Positions 57,351 to 64,000 of a stretch of DNA of 64,000 nucleotides are shown piece by piece. The stretch lies in the NCBI GenBank assembly GCA_964252035.1, contig OZ176203.1; one strand, written 5' to 3'. This DNA is from Podarcis erhardii. Lineage: Eukaryota. The first letter of the stretch is position 1, and each line of letters begins with the position of its first letter. Both the position numbers and the translations under genes were made by a program. The notes beneath the pieces are model-generated. The model saw only the letters and a program-made list of their open reading frames with translations. It searched no databases and had not been told where the DNA came from.

Positions 57351-60300
57351 ATATTTAAAAATACTTGCATGCTGAAATTTCATTTTTTGAAAAAATCAAA
57401 ACAGTTTACAACAACGGTTATGCAATTAAAAAACCACACAAAAAAGATCATCAGCTTACTATTATGGGAAACGTTTATCTCAATTTTCTGCATCAGCCTG
57501 GCAGTAGAGAAAAGTTTTCAGCAGAAGTCTGAAGGTTAATATGGAAAGTTGCTGCTGAAGAGCATTCCATGAAAGTGGACCACTAGCATTGAAAGCTGGA
57601 TTTTGCATTGAGGTCAAATGAGCCTCACCAATTCAAGTAAAGCTCCTACAAATGATCTCATTGATTCAGCTGGGATATAGTGCCTATGCTCTATGTGCAA
57701 GGATTCTTCAGCAGCCCAAAAATATGGAAACTGCTACTTGAAAGCAGAAAGTTTGAAAATGACTTCTGTAGCTTTTAGTTTGGATGTTAATACAATCTTG
57801 ATTGGAGACTATATTTAACTGAAGGTACAATGTGAAAGTTCTACACCTGTGGTCCACATTCTTGCCCACCCCCTCACCAGAGCTGAGTGTTTTCATAGCC
57901 CTCTGGTGAGAGCAAGGAGAGGACCCCTAGCTTTCTTCTGTAGCTTGGTGCTGGGAAAGGGAACCTCCTGTGGAAGCACAAAGTCAGGCAGTGGAGCTAA
58001 ATGGAAGGCTTGCTGTAATACAACTGAAAATAGGAATAAATCTATTTTAGTCCTATGTGAGAAAGAGCCACCAACTATTAGGCTGTGTGTGTGTTAAGTA
58101 AAACCATTGCTCATTATTACAAGGTCAAGCTCCTGGATAATCTGCCTTGTTGTGTTATCCTTTGTGCAACAGTCATGACTCAGTGTCTCTTGGGCATCTT
58201 TCGTCTTTATGCTTAGTGTGATTTACTGGGGAACTGAGGGGGATTAAGTAGGAGGGCAGATGACTACAGAGCAGTTGGTGCTTGATTCATGCTGATAACA
58301 GATTGCGGTGTGTGTGTGTTTTTAAGGTTATGAGTGCCACAGTGTTTACAGAAGCAAAGGCGACTTTACTCTGTAGGTGAAATGCCATCCAGCAGATAGG
58401 CCCTAGGTTATGAATGGCCTGTCAAAAGCTAAGCTGCCTCTCTACCTGGAGGCTGAAACCATCCCCTTCTCACTGTGATAGTTGCCTGTTGCTGTGCAGA
58501 ACACAGTTGCAGTCTTCCATATATTTTCATGAAAGTAAACCCACTAAACACAGAGAGACAGGGTTATTAGGTGAACAAGCCAATGATTGCTCTATTAATC
58601 ATTGATGGTTGAGACACTGGCTGAAGATTGATAGAACACAGAAAGGGCCTGTGACACATTCACAACACTGTAAGCCCACCTTGGCAACAGATGTGACCAA
58701 GTCTTGCTCACCGCTGCCACTTCTACACATGGGAAAAGTTCACAAGGTATTATTTCCCTGTGATCCAAGTCTTGCAGTGCTGACTACCCAGCATCTGGCC
58801 GTGAGAATGGACTGGATATGGGACAGTTCATTTAATCCGTATAAGGCTCAGATAAGGCTAGCTAGCAGCTTTTGTGACTTGCAGTAGTGGCTTCAGCTGA
58901 TGCAGAGCATAGTATCCTCATGGGGTTGGATTGCAGAGAGCACATTGCAACTGTTAATTGGCTCCCTGTGCATGCACACACATGCCTGCCTATGAACTGC
59001 TTGTGTACTAAATGCTGCAGATACTATCACCTCTCTGATTTTACATTGCAGCTGATTCTTGACATGGCAAGTGTTTTAGCATCCTTGGGCAAAAAGGATG
59101 AGAGGGAGCTCCAGCTCATCCTCTGCAGAGGAAGATAGTGGGTTGGGGATTGTGTCTATAGTTGCATGGGGCTTCAGAGGGCTCAGTGCAAATATGAAAA
59201 GGACTCCTCTCCCCTTTCCAGCTGCAAGCTACAGAGGAAGGATGCGGCTGGAAGTTTTAGTAACAGAGGGTGCAGAACATCTTAATGGGACAGCACAGAA
59301 ACAACTCTGTTCCCCTCCTGCAGCTCCAAAAGATTGGGCTGAAGAGGAGAGCAAGGCATAGCCCCTTCTTCCAGTGGAGGTCCAGCACAAGGCTACAGAC
59401 TAAGGAAGCAATGCTCTGTACATTAACTTGGGAGAACGCCCCGCTGGACACCATGGGAGTAATGTTTGAATAGACTTGTAGTCAAAACCTGGGGACCCTT
59501 GAAGATGGATGTTGCTTAATGACTGCCTTGGATTAAAAAAAAATATATATCCTAGAGACTTGCTAAGTTCAGGCTTTGAAGCAATATTTAAGTGCTGCAA
59601 TACTGCTTTGTTTTATTTGGCATGCTTTTTTGGGGACGGGGGTGTTAAGCAGCGATAGGGCAATTTTAATCCTGATAATCTATTCTGATGTTTAATATTT
59701 TATTGATCTATTGAGTTTTGAATTTAGTGTTGCTATTGGGCTGAGGTTCTTAGGAAGGAGGTTAAAAAAAAATCCAATAAGAGGGATTTTTCATTTTTTC
59801 AAAGGTAATAACATGAGGAAACAATGTATCATAAATTCAGAACACTTCATTCCTTCTAATTTGAATATACAGTTTTCCAGGATGGATGGATTTTAAGTGA
59901 AGCGTGGTTTATATCCAGATTTAAATTGCCAAGCAAAAAATTCTCATCTAAATACTGTACTTGATTTAAATCATTTTTAGTTTTTGTTTTTGCAATATCC
60001 TTATTTTATTGGAAGCATGTTACTAGCCAGTTGCTGGAATAACTAAAACATGATTGTTTGTAAATAAATATAGCCTAAGTACAGACATTTTTTAAAAATT
60101 TCAGGAAGCATTTTAAGTAAACTTTCCTGGATTATGGTTAATTTTAACTCATTTTTAATCTTTTGCATCTCTTTTATAACTTCTTGGTACACAGCTTAGA
60201 AACTACAGTAGTAAGCAATATATAAATTGTTGAAGTAAGTAAATGCAATCTTAGAAGTAGGCTTGAAATTGCATAAATTGCAGAATTATTGCCTCAAAAA

Positions 60301-60769
60301 AAAGAGATTGGGTATATTTGGTCTTTAGTTTGGTACACTCAGAAATATTAAGTGTGATTGCTCATTGGGACAGCTTATAACTCTTATATTAAACTGGGAT
60401 AAGTTCCTATAGAAAACTTGGAATGGTAGAGTGCATTATCCTCTGGGAGCTCTAACCTAGCTGCTGTGTAGCATATAAGAGAGTTTTAAATCCAGGGTTG
60501 TTTCTAGCTTCAAATAAGTATTTTAAACGGATTAGTGATTGGCCCTTGGCTACTTTTTGCAGTGGAGAATGTTTTTTATGCAGCATGTGTTTGATCTCTA
60601 AAACTTTTAAAAAGGAGCTTGCCTTGTATAAATTCGCACGGTCCACTTACATTGTGACAAAAGTCTTCATATGCATAGTGTATTTATTGGCAGCTGTGAT
60701 CGGTTGAGTAGATCTTGTAGATGACAGATTACTATAACAGTGTCAGTAAGAATAGATAGCCAATGTAAA

Positions 60770-60870
60770 TACCCTCCAGATGCTGTTGGACTACAACTCC
60801 CATCAACCCTGACCAGTGTCCATGCTGACTATGGCTGATGGGATGTGGAGTCCCAGCAACATCCAGAACA
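60770..60870. mobile_element. Hairpin hAT-type MITE remnant
   Basis: CCTCCAGATGCTGTTGGACTACAACTCCCATCA...GATGGGATGTGGAGTCCCAGCAACATCC, family of 782-917. Confidence 0.6.
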
Positions 60871-62291
60871 CACCATATTGTCAATCCCTGCAGCTCTTAT
60901 TAAAGTATGCTACCCAGTGTACAAGCATTAGTGCTGCTATGATTTCCTGTTTTCAAAAGTTGATTTTGAACTTCATATTGAAGAGTGATGTTAAGTTCAA
61001 ATGTGCAGAAGTTGATAAACTTCTAGTCAGGAGTTGATGTTGTGCCTTAAAAAGGCAGACTTGATCATTATCTTTCTCATAAAGGAGGAAGAGGAGACCC
61101 ACCATAGAGTATATAGATGGTCTTTTCAAAATCTGTCAGTTATCTAGATCAGGGAGCTTCCTGGAGTTTGGTCAGACAAGCTCAAGGATTTCACAGATGC
61201 TTGTTCACAGTTTCTGTGAGCTTCCTTGGGTTTTTCCTTGGTTCTCTATAGCATTAAAATTATCCTTGTTTGCATAACTCCAGTGTAAATTACTTTTGTC
61301 TGGGACTAAAGTAAATTGAATCTACCAGCAGAGAAATGCCCTCAAAATCTGTTTGATTAGCTTTTCTATTCCAGTAAAAGATTCTCCCTCATTAAAACAG
61401 ACACGTGTGCCTAAAAAGCAGCTTTATAAGTGGATTTGCAGAATCTTGGTGTATATTTTGAAGTAGAGAATAACATCAGGTGTGCAGTTAGGCTCATTTT
61501 GTCATTCATGCACTCACTGTCAACGGGACACATTCCTATTCCGTACTAGATAATTACAAATATGGCTACATCATTGATTAAGATAGTTATCGTAAATATA
61601 TTTTCTTCTTGTGCTAAGTCGAGGTCTTCTCTCTTTTTTGTAAATTTTGTTCAAAATACCTAGCTTAACCTATTAAATACTTACTAGTACAGCAACAGGT
61701 TAGGAATCTGATTGGACAGAATGGTCTGGTGGCCAAAATCCCTGGGATAAAATCAGTACCATTTGGTTCTGGGTACACTGTTATCCCTGAGCTGTGACCA
61801 AGCATTTGTGGCCATTTTGCTTAAGCCTCCTGCTTCAGGTGATAAATTGGAGTTCTGCTCCACTTAGTCTGTGAGAGTTACTGCTCACTTGCTTTCAGTG
61901 TGGAGTATAAACATTTAGGAGGAAATTCTAATCGTATTCACTAAGTATTAACTTCATTTATCTATCTTTTTGTAATCTTTTATATATTCTCATCCATAAC
62001 AATACCAAGGTGGTTTACAACCTTTAAAAAAACCCAATAAACAAAAATGTTAAACTAATATAAGCAGCATTACAATAAATACAAATAACCATAAATTCAG
62101 TAACCAGAACAGTTCTCAGAGCCTCATCAATTTTATAAGAGGTTATGCCATTTATATGGGATTGTAACGTGGCTGTGATTCTCCTAAAACTTTAAACATG
62201 CTGAACTGTTTCTGATTACAAGCCTTTAGGTCTTGGGTAGCCCAGTTTCAATGAAAGCTTAATCCATCACAAATATGAAATGTAATTTTAG

Positions 62292-62441
<150 letters not shown>

Positions 62442-63011
62442 TAAGTTGAATGGGGAATATAAAATTAAGTGAAGTACGGATATTTTTCGTTTTCTCACAG
62501 TGTACTAATATGGAAAATCTGGTTCTTTTACATGTCCCAGCTTTGCTTTCGTGTTGTGTGGAAAAACAATTTTGGAGACAGAAAATGAGACTGTTCTGCA
62601 CAACATCAGCATACTTAACTGCACAGAATTCCCGTCTTCTAAAATTGAGATGATAAATATTTGTTTCCTTGTGAGAAAACAGTGCCTTTTAACATTCAGT
62701 CTCGTGGTATTACGTATCCATGGGAGACTCCCACACAACTGGAACAACATCTAAGTGACCTAGGCATATGGTTGGGACTAATTGTGTGTGCCTTTCCCAT
62801 GCAATAGGTAGTGGCCCCTTCCTGGCAAGGTGCCAGTTTCATAGAATAGAACCATGTAATTGGTGCCCTCATATGGCTGAATTGTTTGTGGCAGGAGTAG
62901 GGGACCCGTGGCTTTGCAGATGTTGTTGCATTGCAGTTCCATCATCCCTGATCATCAGCCATCCTAGTTGGGGTTGATAGGAGCTGGAGTCAAATAACAT
63001 CTAGAGCTTTC

Positions 63012-63207
63012 CAGAGCTTTCCAAATTTTTCATGTTGATGACACACTTTTTGGACATGCATCATTTAGTGACACAATAATTCAGTTTTACTAGCAAACCG
63101 GAGGTTAAACTAACCCCTTTCCAGCCAGGGAAGTGCATTCACATGACACATCTACACACTGCAACTGACACACTAACATGTTATGACACACAGTTTGGAA
63201 AGCTCTG
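63012..63207. mobile_element. hAT-type MITE (family of 22461-22718) nested in a hairpin MITE spanning about 62880-63240
   Basis: TIRs CAGAGCTTTCCAAA / TTTGGAAAGCTCTG. Flanks ATCTAGAG / ATCTAGAC, with a 10-bp slippage duplication (AGAGCTTTC) at the left junction. The host resumes as CAGTCACAGGTTCCCCATCCCTG. Confidence 0.85.
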
Positions 63208-64000
63208 ATCTAGACAGTCACAGGTTCCCCATCCCTGTTTTAGATACATCCTGTAGCCATGTCATAGCCACCCATAGACAAATGCAAGAATATTTCAGTT
63301 GAGTGATGATTCAGGGGCACATATATTACCAGTAACTTGGAATTCAAAAAGAATCCCATGTTCATCACTTAGAACCACTTGTGTCATTGGGTGGTAGGTT
63401 TCATGCCTTGCTAACTAGTTTTAATTGAAATAGATCACACTTTTAATTTTAAAAAATCAATACATCTTTTAAAAACATTCTCACATTTATTTTAAGAAGT
63501 TTTAACTCATCAGGCATGCTCTTTTCAAAGAGAATCTGTTTTGGGAAAAGAGAACAAATCCCACCTATGCATTCAGTATTTCAGTATGAGAAGATACATC
63601 TGATAATCTTATGTTTCTATGCTAGATTGGGGCTCGTGCTGTTTGAGTTTGTTGGGCTTCTTGCTGGTACCTGTTGAATCAACATTTTTTGCTGCATGTA
63701 CACCTCTCTGTGTGTTACAGCGAGAATATTATAATTCAATATCCCATAAATCCATGAATATTTGAATCCACTAGATGGCAGCATTTTCAGAATAATGCGT
63801 AGATGATTTAACTAGCTTTGTTGCAGAAAGGCTTTCTTAGAAATTTCCTACACTAGTTAAAGATAAATTTGTTATGCAGGCATTTGAATTAGATTTATCC
63901 CAGCGAAGTCAATAGGGTTGGATCCAAGTTAGGTGAACTATATTCTCATTGAGAAATTATGATTTCAGTTCAGCTAACTTAATCTAGATCTAATCCTTTG

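Overview
Vertebrate (squamate reptile) genomic DNA. Sauria-type SINEs point to a lizard, probably a lacertid (inference). The window holds the 5' part of one gene, PRKX (protein kinase X-linked, PKA-C related), on the + strand: a CpG-island promoter at about 12.9-14.2 kb and coding exons 1-4 (13816-14002, 50031-50199, 52932-53195, 62321-62440). These splice GT-AG into one uninterrupted 246-codon frame; the gene continues past the window end. The remainder is intergenic or intronic DNA dense in mobile elements: Sauria, CORE-type and tRNA-Lys SINEs, many mariner-type and hAT-type MITEs, a young 5'-truncated L2 with an intact 853-codon frame, a Rex1/Babar LINE with a 42-bp flanking direct repeat, and decayed L1 and CR1 pieces. 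The most interesting signal is a set of three Penelope-like pLTR insertions carrying four minimal hammerhead ribozyme motifs. One copy keeps a TATA(-30)/initiator pair directly upstream of the ribozyme. The other two start at position +2/+3 of that predicted transcript and end at the same 3' base, which suggests a mobile ~132-nt ribozyme-headed RNA unit. Repeat family names come from pattern recognition, not a database search. There are no prokaryotic features such as CRISPR arrays or operons.
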